Shown here piece after piece: positions 42,761-52,773 of a DNA stretch of 64,000 nucleotides (its first letter is position 1; the number at the start of each line of letters is the position of its first letter). The notes beneath the pieces are model-generated. The model was not told the DNA's origin and ran no database searches. It saw only the letters and a program-made list of their open reading frames with translations. The DNA comes from Bacteroidales bacterium (GTDB lineage Bacteria; Bacteroidota; Bacteroidia; Bacteroidales; VadinHA17). Location: contig JALONT010000007.1 of NCBI GenBank assembly GCA_025454795.1, positions 550 to 64,549 of the forward strand, given 5' to 3'. The position numbers and the translations under genes were made by a program.

Positions 42761-45187
42761 CTAATGTTTGTTCCTGTTTGTTCCAAAAAGAATGCCGGTT
42801 AAAATTAAAACAGCAAGTAAAAATATGGAAACTCTGATGCCAAGAAGAGGGACTGTAACGCTTGTGACAAGAATGAATCCCATGGCTGATCCGGCAAGGT
42901 CGGCACTATAAGTCATCCCGGGTGAAGTTCCGTTATTTTCAGGTTCAGTAAGTACCCTGAAAAGATGTCCGGTCATAAATGAGGGTATCAGAACAGAAAT
43001 TATAATCAATAGAATAATTGTAACGACTCCCTTTAGGTCAGTCATATAATTATAACTTATGGATATGACTGCATAAAAGATTAGAATGAAGAATGCCTTT
43101 AACTTAAGAGAAATTGAATTCAGGAATTTCTGATTTAATCCTGCTCCGGCAGCAAGACCTGCCATAAGGGCGGCAAGAATTATACCGACAAACTGGTACA
43201 TATTACCAACAGTCAGCTGAACTGTGAGCAAGATTATGAACTCAAATCCGGCAAGCGCTGAAGCGCTGAAATACATAAGAACATCTCTCCTGCGAACAGA
43301 CAATACAGGTACAGCGAAGGCCAGAATAATAATTATCAGGGCAGGTATCTTCTCACCGAGGTTTTTGCTGAAATCATAATTCTGAAAATATAGACATGCT
43401 ACCGGGAATGCCAATCTGTTGACCCTGACATTTGGATCAAGAATATAGGCTACTTCCGCTGATTTTTTCTCAATGAGATCATCGGCGAGAAAATCGGAAC
43501 TTACATAAATATTCTTTATGCCTTTCTCATCAGCCAGCTTGCAGAAGGAAACGGACAGTTCCTTGTCGGATGCTAAAAAGTATAGTTTATTTCCGGTGAC
43601 CGGTTTCACGAATCTGAATACCTCAGCCAGGCTGTTGTATACAGATGAATATAAATAAACAGCCTCTTTGTTCAGGTAGTTTTCCCCCGGACCCGGTGAA
43701 CACATAAATATTCCTCCGTTGGAAAGCAGTTTCTTTATATCATTAAAAAATTCTGTTGTATAAAATCTGTTCAGAGAGAGCGTTGAGGGGGGAGGAAGAA
43801 GAAGGATAACCGCATCCGCGTGATCCTTTTTATTCCTGACATAGCTGAAAGCATCTTTGTTTTCAATTATAAGACTAGTGGATTCCAGAGCTTCCTTTGA
43901 TACAGGGAGTCTTGCAAGTACCGGATCCCTTTCAATAAACGTAATCTTTTTTACGGGGTATTTAAGTATTTCAGGCAGATGAGATTCAAGAGATCCTGAG
44001 ATAAGGACAATACTCCCGATATTGTTTCTCTGAAGCAAAGCATAGTGAATATCTTCTTCTCTTTCAATCGCATCGTCATTATATCCTATTAACCTTTGGT
44101 TGTAATAAATACTCTGTTCGCCTGAATATTCACCTCTGGTAATATTACCGTAAGGAGTGTCAGTTGTCTCGATAACTTTAATCCCGGGTAGGAGCAGCTG
44201 TCTGAAAATCCTGTCGGGACCTGACAGGATAATGATGGATATTATGGCTGCAAATGAACATTTTACAATAAGTTTTGATCTGCGGTTTTTTACAAAGAAG
44301 GTCAGTATAGAAAATGCAATAGTCAGTGAGGTGACAATTAAAAGGAGAAGGTATGTGTCTAGCAACCCTGCAGTAAGCACTGAAACAAGAATCCCGGCAA
44401 TAATGCCTCCGGTTGTCTCTATTGAGAATGATTTCCCTGGAATAAATCCGTTTTTTTCTCCGGCAGAGGTTATCACTTTTACAAAGGCAAATCCTGATAT
44501 AAGGCAGAATGGTACAAGTATCAGAAATGTGATGATTGTAGTGGACAGGAAGGATGGTATCTCTCCGGTTTTGAGAAACAGCCTTGATATAATTATAAGC
44601 AACATCAATGAAATAGCCGGGCTTAATGAAAAGATCATGTTGATCTTCGGGATATCGTTTAGTGGAGATCTGGCTGCCAGAGCTGCTCCTCCTGCTGAAG
44701 CAATAAGCCAGGAACCAAGAAAGAGCCCTGTTATCAGTTCATATCCTCCTGAAATATTCATTATCTCCCTCATCAGCAATATCTGGACCGATATACTGGT
44801 AAACCCCAGGACAAACAGATTGGAGATTATTACTGATGAATCAAATCCTGCGGATTCGGCTGGTTTTGTAAGGGTCTCTGTTTTTGAAAATATTTTTCCA
44901 AAATAGGATAGATGCCAGATAAAATGAAATATCCCCGTTATAGCAAGCCCTGCACCTGCTTCAACATGCCATTTAAGTATGTATTTTACTATTGGAATAT
45001 TCCATTTGAAATTTATCTGGAGCGCCATCAGTACTCCTGCGGTGGCAGTGAACAGGAATAAGATTGCAAGCGCTGAGTTCCAGAGTTTTTTGTGAAATGC
45101 CTGGGAGAAGAATCCCATACGGTAAAAAGAGAAACTGAGAATATATAACAGAGAGACAGTTATGATTGTCCCTATGACATGATACAT
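42761..45187 (-). CDS. 808-aa polytopic membrane protein with a central degenerate spermidine-synthase-like domain
   Basis: Many TM helices lie on both sides of a soluble Rossmann-like domain (VLISGSLES.., FIERDPVL, DAVILLLPPPST, TTEFF..IKKLLSNGGIF). The N-terminal His-rich 2-TM segment reads WHVEAGAGLAITGIFHFIWH. Confidence 0.7.
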   Translation of the reverse strand: MYHVIGTIITVSLLYILSFSFYRMGFFSQAFHKKLWNSALAILFLFTATAGVLMALQINFKWNIPIVKYILKWHVEAGAGLAITGIFHFIWHLSYFGKIFSKTETLTKPAESAGFDSSVIISNLFVLGFTSISVQILLMREIMNISGGYELITGLFLGSWLIASAGGAALAARSPLNDIPKINMIFSLSPAISLMLLIIISRLFLKTGEIPSFLSTTIITFLILVPFCLISGFAFVKVITSAGEKNGFIPGKSFSIETTGGIIAGILVSVLTAGLLDTYLLLLIVTSLTIAFSILTFFVKNRRSKLIVKCSFAAIISIIILSGPDRIFRQLLLPGIKVIETTDTPYGNITRGEYSGEQSIYYNQRLIGYNDDAIEREEDIHYALLQRNNIGSIVLISGSLESHLPEILKYPVKKITFIERDPVLARLPVSKEALESTSLIIENKDAFSYVRNKKDHADAVILLLPPPSTLSLNRFYTTEFFNDIKKLLSNGGIFMCSPGPGENYLNKEAVYLYSSVYNSLAEVFRFVKPVTGNKLYFLASDKELSVSFCKLADEKGIKNIYVSSDFLADDLIEKKSAEVAYILDPNVRVNRLAFPVACLYFQNYDFSKNLGEKIPALIIIILAFAVPVLSVRRRDVLMYFSASALAGFEFIILLTVQLTVGNMYQFVGIILAALMAGLAAGAGLNQKFLNSISLKLKAFFILIFYAVISISYNYMTDLKGVVTIILLIIISVLIPSFMTGHLFRVLTEPENNGTSPGMTYSADLAGSAMGFILVTSVTVPLLGIRVSIFLLAVLILTGILFGTNRNKH

Positions 45188-45189
45188 AG

Positions 45190-46698
45190 TTATTTGATAT
45201 TTTCATTAATTACCATTCCTTCATATATAAATATTTCAGCATCTTTCCATCCGTCCCATCCGATTCCTGCTTTATCCCTGGCAGTATAACCAAGAAATTG
45301 TTCTACTGTCCATCCATTTTCCGTGGCAACCTGTGGAAGCATCGTCCCTGATCTGAAATCTTTCTTAATGTATATGCCATGTTTCCCCAATAATATCTCA
45401 TTGATATTAATGATCTTTTTCATCGGTCCAAGTACCGTAATCTCAAAATCAAGTTTGCTGAATTCTTCCCTGGTAAGTGATGGGAAGCGGGGATCTTCAA
45501 AAGCTGAAGAGAGAGCAGATGCTTGTACTACTTCAAAAAGCGGATCAGATGAGATAAACCTGCCTATACAACCTCTCAGACTATTATTGATTTTGAGTGT
45601 CACGAATACTCCAAGTTGTCTTTTAAGTGCTTCAGGAATCTTTTTGTCATCAATAATATATTTTTTATTCTCAAATAACATACTCCTTATACTGTTTTTT
45701 GCAATTGAAAACAGCATCTCTTTCTCTTCTTTGCTGAAAGAGAATTCTTCAGAGGATTTCTGTTCATTCGTTGAAACGTTCTTCTTATCAATTAATGCAA
45801 TAGCATGATATCCGACTACTTCATCTTTCCCTCCGTATTGAGAGTCTCCCGAATTACAATAATCTATCCTTTTAAATTCCAGGTTATCATCTCCTTCAGC
45901 CAGATATAGAAGGAGAAGACCTGATGTCCAGCCACACATGCTGGTAGCAAGTCCCGGTATATTTTCCCCGGAGTTTTTCTTAAGCGTGCCGAGGAAAACT
46001 GAAGGATCTCCGGAAACCAGTCCTTCAGCTGTAAGATTATCAGTTTCTAAAGCATCCTTATATGGTGGATAATGTGAGAAATCACTGCTGATTACAAAAA
46101 GATTATCAGGAGTAAACCAGGGTTTCAGGGCTTCTGCTATAGTCCTTATCGTTGATATATTATCTGTCCCTATTATGACAGGAATAATCTTTGGAACACT
46201 GTTGTAGTAGAGCTGGATCAGGGGAATCTGTACTTCAATGCTATGCTCCTGTGAATGAGCAGTGGAAGGGAAGTTGAATACTTTGTTTTCAGTTTTCAGC
46301 CTGGTAGCTAATTCCTTGTTTACCAGGGCTCTTCCAAGTGGAGTAATAAAATCACCTGTATTATAAACTGAAGCTCCGTCAAATGCCATTATATGACTGG
46401 ATCCGATGATGAAAATATTATTGTACACTGCGCTCCGCGGAGTCGATGAAAATGCAGCAGCTGCGGTTTTTCCTGAGAATACATATCCTGCATGAGGAGA
46501 GATAATTGCCCTGACTTTCCATGACCCGGGCGATTTTTTACATTCTGAAAAGAGTCTGGAGATATCCTTCAGGAGAGTTTCTTTATCTGCGACATAAAAT
46601 CGGCCTGCTGCAACAGGCTGTCTGTCAGCCGGTTTATTCTGTGGATGAAGTTCCATGACACTGATAATTGATATCAATACTGTAATTAAAGTCCGCAT
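45190..46698 (-). CDS. AmmeMemoRadiSam system protein B/A fusion (Memo-like + AMMECR1-like) with N-terminal signal/anchor
   Basis: Memo motifs AAGRFY, ISPHAGYVFSG and SSDFSHY. The AMMECR1 motif LRGCIGRF lies in the C-terminal half. Hydrophobic N-terminus MRTLITVLISIISVM. Confidence 0.85.
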   Translation of the reverse strand: MRTLITVLISIISVMELHPQNKPADRQPVAAGRFYVADKETLLKDISRLFSECKKSPGSWKVRAIISPHAGYVFSGKTAAAAFSSTPRSAVYNNIFIIGSSHIMAFDGASVYNTGDFITPLGRALVNKELATRLKTENKVFNFPSTAHSQEHSIEVQIPLIQLYYNSVPKIIPVIIGTDNISTIRTIAEALKPWFTPDNLFVISSDFSHYPPYKDALETDNLTAEGLVSGDPSVFLGTLKKNSGENIPGLATSMCGWTSGLLLLYLAEGDDNLEFKRIDYCNSGDSQYGGKDEVVGYHAIALIDKKNVSTNEQKSSEEFSFSKEEKEMLFSIAKNSIRSMLFENKKYIIDDKKIPEALKRQLGVFVTLKINNSLRGCIGRFISSDPLFEVVQASALSSAFEDPRFPSLTREEFSKLDFEITVLGPMKKIININEILLGKHGIYIKKDFRSGTMLPQVATENGWTVEQFLGYTARDKAGIGWDGWKDAEIFIYEGMVINENIK

Positions 46699-46710
46699 GA
46701 TTGCTAAACT

Positions 46711-46739
46711 AAAAGACCTAATAAAGTTAGGTCAAAAAA
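46711..46739 (-). terminator. Weak intrinsic terminator-like hairpin between the DUF1987 gene and the amr operon
   Basis: GACCTAA-TAAAG-TTAGGTC, a 7-bp stem followed by UUUU on the minus strand. Confidence 0.35.
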
Positions 46740-46780
46740 TTGAAAAAAAGGATGTTTGAATAGATTTGTTTGGATCAATG

Positions 46781-47236
46781 CTAGATCAGAACCATAGATT
46801 CCTTGAGGATCTTTCCGTTATCATCCGTACCATAGATTTTTATTCCAAGGTTTATGGTGGTAATGCCGATCATATCTATAATCGGACTCAGGTTATCTTT
46901 AAGATCATCTTCCTCCATATTTTCGAACTCTTCAATTTCAAAATAGAGATGGATCATCAACGTGGCTTCATCTTTCTTTATTCCGCAGAGTACCTTTATA
47001 ATTTTTGCAATCCAGATTGTTGAAGCAGTATTAAAATACTCAAGATTAAGTCTGAGATTCGTGGTTTGCCGCGGATTAGCTGAATACAGGGTGACCCATT
47101 TAAGGATGTTCTCGTACAACTTGGCTGCATTTTCAGGGATTGATCTTCCTGACAAAATAAGTTCTCCTGTAATATGGTTCAGATCGATCTGTGGTGTTTT
47201 ACTGGTCGGTTCGATATATAAACTTTTGATTTCCAC
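46781..47236 (-). CDS. DUF1987 / SiaC-family regulatory phosphoprotein-like protein
   Basis: EPTSKTPQIDLN...GELILSGRSIPENAAKLYE.IL.W... and LNLEYFNTAST match the DUF1987 pattern. Confidence 0.75.
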   Translation of the reverse strand: MEIKSLYIEPTSKTPQIDLNHITGELILSGRSIPENAAKLYENILKWVTLYSANPRQTTNLRLNLEYFNTASTIWIAKIIKVLCGIKKDEATLMIHLYFEIEEFENMEEDDLKDNLSPIIDMIGITTINLGIKIYGTDDNGKILKESMVLI

Positions 47237-47483
47237 CTGTATGACTCTTTAGTTTGTTCTTAATTGAATAATTAATATACGTTAAATTTAAGACATCTTT
47301 TTTAGAATAGTTCATTATTTATCAATTCTTAATCAAAAATATCAGTCCGGTGGTCAAATATTTCTATCTGTTTGTATAAACTAATGATTATTCTCAGTTA
47401 TATCTCTACCGCTTTTTGATACTCTTTTCTGACAGGTCAATATATTAAAATATTATCTTTACCGCTGTTATTTTAATTGACTA

Positions 47484-49271
47484 ATGGAGAGCATACTAAA
47501 GGGAAAAGTAAAGGAAGCTATCAGGATTCTGTATAACAGCGAATTAAGTGATGATCTGATCCAGATCCAGGAGACAAGAAAAGATTTTAAAGGAGACTTT
47601 ACTCTGGTTGTATTCCCATTGCTGCGTTTTTCAAAAAATACACCTGAGAAAACAGGTGATACAATTGGTCAATATATTGTGGAGAATTTCCCTGCAATTT
47701 CAGGATTTAATGTAATAAAAGGATTTCTGAACCTCGAGATATCCGATAAATGGTGGATGGATTTTTTCAGAAGTATCGCTTCTGACAATGACCCGCTCCG
47801 GAAATGTAAAGTCACCCGTCCGGAAACCATACTAGTGGAGTATTCATCGCCAAATACCAATAAGCCTCTGCATCTGGGACATATCCGCAACAATCTTCTC
47901 GGATTTTCTCTCTATAGGATTCTGGCTGCCTGCGGACACAATGTAATTAAGACTAATATTGTAAACGACCGGGGAATACATATCTGCAAATCGATGCTTG
48001 CCTGGCTGAAGTATGGACAAGGAGAAACACCTGAGATCTCAGGAATGAAGGGAGACCATCTGGCAGGTAAATATTATGTGCTGTTTGAAAAAGATTATAA
48101 GGCTCAGACCGAAGAGCTGATATCCGGAGGTATGGAAGAAACTGAAGCAAGAAATTCAGCTCCACTGATGAAGGAGATCCGTGAAATGCTGCTCAAATGG
48201 GAAGCCGGCGATAGTGAAGTAATGGCGCTCTGGAAAAAGATGAATTCATGGGTCTGTAAGGGTTTTGACGAGACTTACAGGCTGCTGGGGGTCGATTTCG
48301 ATAAGATCTATTACGAGTCAGATACTTATAAAATCGGCCGCGATATAGTTATTTCTGCTCTTGAAAATAAAGTGCTGTACAGGAATCCCGACAATTCAAT
48401 CTGGGCTGATCTAAGCTCCGAAGGACTCGACCAGAAGCTTTTGCTAAGATCCGATGGAACAGCTGTTTATATGACACAGGACTTGGGTACCGCTGTTCTC
48501 AGGCAGAAAGAATATGGATTCGACAAATGCATCTATGTTGTTGGAAATGAGCAGAATTATCATTTCCAGGTGCTAAAAGCAGTTCTCAGGAGAATGGGGT
48601 ATAAATGGTCCGATGGATTGTACCATTTCTCATATGGAATGGTTGAACTGCCGGAAGGAAAAATGAAATCCCGTGAAGGAACAGTTGTTGATGCTGACGA
48701 TCTGATCGCGGAGATGAAAGAGACCGCCAGAGTTGTATCTCTGCAGTTGGGTAAGCTCTCGGATTATTCTGATGAAGAAAAAGAGGAAATCTTCCGCAAG
48801 ATCGGACTTGGAGCTCTGAAATATTTCATCCTGAAAGTTGATCCGCGAAAAAATATGACATTCAATCCGGCTGAATCAATTGACTTTAATGGAAATACCG
48901 GACCATTTATTCAGTACACTTATGCAAGGATCAAATCAGTGTTCAGAAAAGCTGAACAGATGGGCATCTCTTATGATTCTTTGATCCCTTCAGAATTGAA
49001 AGCGGGTGAAAAGGAGATAGGACTTATCAAGCTTCTCCGCAGGTTTACAGATACAGTTTCAGAAGCGGCGGCAGGTTACAGTCCTTCTCTTCTGGCAAAT
49101 TATTGCTACGACCTTGCAAAAGAGTATAATCAGTTTTATCACGATTTTACAATTCTTGGAGATAACGATCAGGACGTACGTAATTTACGGCTTGAGCTTT
49201 CTAAGGTTGTAAGTACAACGCTGTGTTCAGGAATGTGGCTGCTTGGAATAGAAATGCCTGAAAGAATGTAG
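47484..49271 (+). CDS. argS: Arginine--tRNA ligase
   Basis: Class I HIGH-type motif [15 protein letters not shown], the KMSKS-like MKSREG, and a C-terminal DALR anticodon-binding region. Confidence 0.95.
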   Translation: MESILKGKVKEAIRILYNSELSDDLIQIQETRKDFKGDFTLVVFPLLRFSKNTPEKTGDTIGQYIVENFPAISGFNVIKGFLNLEISDKWWMDFFRSIASDNDPLRKCKVTRPETILVEYSSPNTNKPLHLGHIRNNLLGFSLYRILAACGHNVIKTNIVNDRGIHICKSMLAWLKYGQGETPEISGMKGDHLAGKYYVLFEKDYKAQTEELISGGMEETEARNSAPLMKEIREMLLKWEAGDSEVMALWKKMNSWVCKGFDETYRLLGVDFDKIYYESDTYKIGRDIVISALENKVLYRNPDNSIWADLSSEGLDQKLLLRSDGTAVYMTQDLGTAVLRQKEYGFDKCIYVVGNEQNYHFQVLKAVLRRMGYKWSDGLYHFSYGMVELPEGKMKSREGTVVDADDLIAEMKETARVVSLQLGKLSDYSDEEKEEIFRKIGLGALKYFILKVDPRKNMTFNPAESIDFNGNTGPFIQYTYARIKSVFRKAEQMGISYDSLIPSELKAGEKEIGLIKLLRRFTDTVSEAAAGYSPSLLANYCYDLAKEYNQFYHDFTILGDNDQDVRNLRLELSKVVSTTLCSGMWLLGIEMPERM

Positions 49272-49274
49272 AAA

Positions 49275-49422
49275 GTCGGAAGTCGGAAGTCGGAAGTCAG
49301 AAGTTGTTCTGTTGCCTCCGACTTCAGTCTTCAGACTTCGGTCTTTGGTCTTTGGTCTTTGGTCTTTAGTCTTTGGTCTTTGGTCTTTGGTCTTTAGTCT
49401 TTGGTCTTTGGTCTTCGGTCTT
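49275..49422. repeat. Heptanucleotide tandem array with imperfect palindrome: 4 x GTC(G/A)GAA, 11-nt spacer, then 15 x (C/T)(C/A/G)G(A/T)CTT
   Basis: Units were counted directly. The left arm is 49275-49303 and the right array is 49318-49422 (mostly TGGTCTT). The reverse complement of the left arm matches 49315-49343 at 21/29 positions. Confidence 0.9.
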
Positions 49423-49458
49423 AAAATATACTTGTTAAATTATTTATTTGAAAAACAT

Positions 49459-50778
49459 ATGTTCGAGAATTTAAGTGAACGGCTTGAGAAATCTTTTAAA
49501 ATACTTAAAGGACAGGGACGAATATCCGAAATTAATATTGCCGAAACACTTAAGGAGGTCAGGAGAGCATTGCTCGATGCCGATGTCAATTTTAAGATTG
49601 CCAAACAATTTACTGACACAGTCAAAATAAAAGCACTGGGACAGGAAGTGCTCAAATCGGTAAATCCGTCTCAGATGATGGTTAAGATCGTCCACGATGA
49701 GCTTGCAAAGCTTATGGGCGGTGATAAAACCGACATAAATATTAAGATAAATCCATCAGTAATTCTGATTGCAGGACTTCAGGGTTCAGGGAAAACAACA
49801 TTCGCCGGAAAACTTGCAAAATGGGTTAAAACCAAACGCGGCAAAAATCCCCTTCTCGTAGCCGGCGACGTTTATCGTCCTGCTGCAATCGAGCAGCTTA
49901 AGATCATAGGTTCGCAGGTAGAAGTACCGGTGTATATTGAAGATGGGAATATGAATCCGGTGCAGATTGCCAGGAATGCTGTCAGAGAGGCAAAAAAGAA
50001 TGGCAATGATGTTGTGATAATAGATACTGCCGGACGTCTTGCAGTCGATGAGGAAATGATGAAGGAGATCTCCTCAGTAAAAGAGGCAGTTAATCCGCAT
50101 GAGATACTTTTTGTTGTTGATTCCATGACTGGACAGGATGCAGTCAATACGGCCAAAGAGTTCAACAATCGGCTTGATTTCGATGGCGTCGTTCTGACCA
50201 AGCTTGATGGAGATACCAGGGGAGGTGCAGCGTTGTCAATCAGAGAGGTAGTCAATAAGCCAATCAAGTTTGTAAGCTCCGGTGAAAAGATGGATGCAAT
50301 CGATATCTTTTATCCGATGCGAATGGCAGACAGAATACTGGGTATGGGGGATATTGTTTCCCTCGTTGAAAAAGCGCAGGAGCAATATGATACAGAAGAG
50401 GCAAGAAAACTCCAGAAAAAGATTGCAAAAGACCAGTTCGATTTCGATGATTTTATTACACAGATACAGCAGATCAAGAAAATGGGTAATGTAAAAGATC
50501 TTATGGCAATGATCCCAGGTGTGGGTAAAGCTGTGAAAGATCTTGATATTGATGACAATGCATTCAGGGGTATTGAAGCAATCATCAAAAGCATGACACC
50601 TGAGGAAAGGTCAAATCCGACAGTTCTGAACGGCAGCAGACGGAAGAGGATCGCAACAGGAAGCGGAACGACTGTTCAGGAGGTCAATAAACTTCTGAAA
50701 CAATTCGATCAGACCCGAAAAATGATGAAGATGATGACGAAGGGAGGAAATGTTGCCAGATTTATGGGACGAAAATAA
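49459..50778 (+). CDS. ffh: Signal recognition particle protein Ffh
   Basis: MFENLSERL..., [14 protein letters not shown] and TKLDGD, with a Met-rich C-terminal M domain. The ATG at 49459 is preferred; the listed start at 49312 translates the heptamer array. Confidence 0.95.
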   Translation: MFENLSERLEKSFKILKGQGRISEINIAETLKEVRRALLDADVNFKIAKQFTDTVKIKALGQEVLKSVNPSQMMVKIVHDELAKLMGGDKTDINIKINPSVILIAGLQGSGKTTFAGKLAKWVKTKRGKNPLLVAGDVYRPAAIEQLKIIGSQVEVPVYIEDGNMNPVQIARNAVREAKKNGNDVVIIDTAGRLAVDEEMMKEISSVKEAVNPHEILFVVDSMTGQDAVNTAKEFNNRLDFDGVVLTKLDGDTRGGAALSIREVVNKPIKFVSSGEKMDAIDIFYPMRMADRILGMGDIVSLVEKAQEQYDTEEARKLQKKIAKDQFDFDDFITQIQQIKKMGNVKDLMAMIPGVGKAVKDLDIDDNAFRGIEAIIKSMTPEERSNPTVLNGSRRKRIATGSGTTVQEVNKLLKQFDQTRKMMKMMTKGGNVARFMGRK

Positions 50779-50788
50779 CCCCGAAAAT

Positions 50789-51661
50789 ATGTACACACTT
50801 ATTGATGGAAAAAAAGTCGCTTCCGAAATAAAAAGGGAGATTGCGGATGAGGTAAAGAGAATTATTGACGCAAATGAAAAAATTCCGCATTTGGCCGCCA
50901 TACTTGTCGGCGATAATGGCTCCAGTCAGACTTATGTTGCACATAAAGTTAAAGATTGTGAAGAGGTAGGCTTCCGTTCCACGCTCATAAGATTTGAGAA
51001 AGATATTCCTGAATCTGACCTTTTGAATAAGATTTCTGAACTGAATACTGATAAAGAAATTGACGGTTTTATTGTACAGCTTCCTCTTCCCATACACATT
51101 TCAGAGAATAAAGTAATCGAATCTATTGACCCTTCAAAGGATGTTGACGGATTTCACCCGGTTAACCTGGGGAAAATGGTTATAGGTCTTCCCGGTTTTC
51201 TTCCGGCAACTCCCTATGGAATTGTAGAATTAATAAAAAGATACAGGATAGAGACGGGAGGTAAGAATTGCGTTGTAATAGGCAGAAGCAACATTGTCGG
51301 ACGACCAGTCAGCATTCTCCTTTCCCAGAAAGGGATGGATGCAACAGTGACTGTTGTACATAGCCGTACAAAAAATATTAATGGAATAATCAGAGAAGCC
51401 GACATAATTATTGCGGCACTCGGTTCTCCTTCTTTCGTTAAGGCCGAAATGGTAAAAGAAGGAGCTGTTGTAATAGACGTTGGCACAACACGTGTTAATA
51501 CACCTGAAACAAAAACAGGATGGAAGCTTACAGGAGATGTTGATTTCGTTAATGTAGCACCGAAATGCTCCTTTATTACACCTGTGCCGGGTGGAGTAGG
51601 ACCAATGACAAGAGTATCACTGTTAAAGAATGCACTTGCCGCTTCAAAAAACAAGAGATAA
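50789..51661 (+). CDS. folD: Bifunctional methylenetetrahydrofolate dehydrogenase/cyclohydrolase
   Basis: [36 protein letters not shown] and [11 protein letters not shown]. The ATG at 50789 avoids overlap with ffh. Confidence 0.9.
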   Translation: MYTLIDGKKVASEIKREIADEVKRIIDANEKIPHLAAILVGDNGSSQTYVAHKVKDCEEVGFRSTLIRFEKDIPESDLLNKISELNTDKEIDGFIVQLPLPIHISENKVIESIDPSKDVDGFHPVNLGKMVIGLPGFLPATPYGIVELIKRYRIETGGKNCVVIGRSNIVGRPVSILLSQKGMDATVTVVHSRTKNINGIIREADIIIAALGSPSFVKAEMVKEGAVVIDVGTTRVNTPETKTGWKLTGDVDFVNVAPKCSFITPVPGGVGPMTRVSLLKNALAASKNKR

Positions 51662-51677
51662 TCCGGGTAGTTGAAGG

Positions 51678-52721
51678 TTAATTAATAGTCACTCCCCTGA
51701 AATAGAGGTCATATAATCCTTTTCCTCCGGGTCTGTTGGAAGAAAAGATGAGAAAATGATTTGTAAAGCTGTTATGAGTCCCGATTACAGGGCGATATTC
51801 ATCATATTCAGTATTTACGTATGGTCCGAAATTGATGGGTGAACTCCATTTCCCATTTTTGAATTTTGAATAATAAAGATCAAATCCTCCTATCCCTCCT
51901 AGACGATTGGAAGCAAATACCATTATTTTTCTGAAAACCATTGGACAATTATCATCGCGGGTGCTGTTTATGCTGTCTACCCTGTTTGATGCAGCAAAGC
52001 CGGAGTTGAACCATGTTGTAAGATCTGTATCTGCCGGTTTGCTCTTAAGATAAATATCAAAGTTGTCGCCTCCATTGTCAGAGGAAAAATAAGCGCTATC
52101 CTGGTTAGTATCAAAACTTATGTAAATATCATCAGCACCGGTATTCAGCAATTGTACAGGGAATGGTCCCTGAACTGCGGGAAGAGTGCTGCTTAAGACC
52201 GGTTGGTTCTTGAGATAGTAGAAATCGAGATCGCCGCTGGTGTTTCTTGATGAATAAATGAGATATTCATACCCGTCGACTGAACTAAAAATGCGAAAAG
52301 GTCCACGGTCATCAGCAGAGGTATTTGCAGCGGTTGTCAGTTTTGTTAAAAAAGTATTTTGTGTTATATCAGCTCCAAGACCGAATAATCCGGTTTTCTG
52401 ATCCCATTCAAATGTTAAGATTCCCTGAACAAGATCATACTGCTCTCCCGTATAGGTCCGGTCACTTGAAAAAACAGATACTATATTTCCAATTAATACA
52501 TGTGAATAAGTATCTATATCATCAATGGTTGAGAAAATATTTGTTGTCTCATAATCATTATAAACTGAATTGAGATCAGTCAGGAAAATTGCTGAATCCG
52601 GGAATGTACCCTTTGGAAACTTTAATGGGTTTTCCTCTTTTTTGCAGGAAGTAAGATTAAAAGTGATTGCTAATATGCTGAATACCAAAGCTGAAACAAT
52701 TATTGATGATAACTTTTTCAT
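51678..52721 (-). CDS. Lipoprotein with PD40/TolB-like beta-propeller repeats
   Basis: Signal peptide with lipobox LTSC, plus the repeats FASNRLGGIGGFDLYYS and FSSNRPGGKGLYDLYF. Confidence 0.65.
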   Translation of the reverse strand: MKKLSSIIVSALVFSILAITFNLTSCKKEENPLKFPKGTFPDSAIFLTDLNSVYNDYETTNIFSTIDDIDTYSHVLIGNIVSVFSSDRTYTGEQYDLVQGILTFEWDQKTGLFGLGADITQNTFLTKLTTAANTSADDRGPFRIFSSVDGYEYLIYSSRNTSGDLDFYYLKNQPVLSSTLPAVQGPFPVQLLNTGADDIYISFDTNQDSAYFSSDNGGDNFDIYLKSKPADTDLTTWFNSGFAASNRVDSINSTRDDNCPMVFRKIMVFASNRLGGIGGFDLYYSKFKNGKWSSPINFGPYVNTEYDEYRPVIGTHNSFTNHFLIFSSNRPGGKGLYDLYFRGVTIN

Positions 52722-52736
52722 AATGAAGAGTTAATA

Positions 52737-52744
52737 CAAAAGTA
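52737..52744 (-). promoter_or_regulatory. -7 box TACTTTTG for the PD40 lipoprotein gene
   Basis: Exact TAnnTTTG on the minus strand, 16 nt upstream of ATG 52721. Confidence 0.45.
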
Positions 52745-52773
52745 TTAACGCAAAGATATTAATATTTAGTATT

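Noticed and set aside
44157-44906. 249-aa ORF antisense to the 808-aa membrane protein gene
   Set aside because: It lies fully inside, and opposite to, a gene with clear TM and domain structure. Its composition is low-complexity (S/I/P-rich), typical of an antisense frame of a hydrophobic protein.
49275-49422. CRISPR-like array
   Set aside because: The units are 7 bp and contiguous with no spacers, and there are no cas genes. This is a microsatellite/palindrome, not a CRISPR array.
49312-49458. N-terminal 49-aa extension of Ffh ([14 protein letters not shown]...)
   Set aside because: It is simply a translation of the heptamer DNA repeat. Ffh homology starts at MFENLSERL (ATG 49459).
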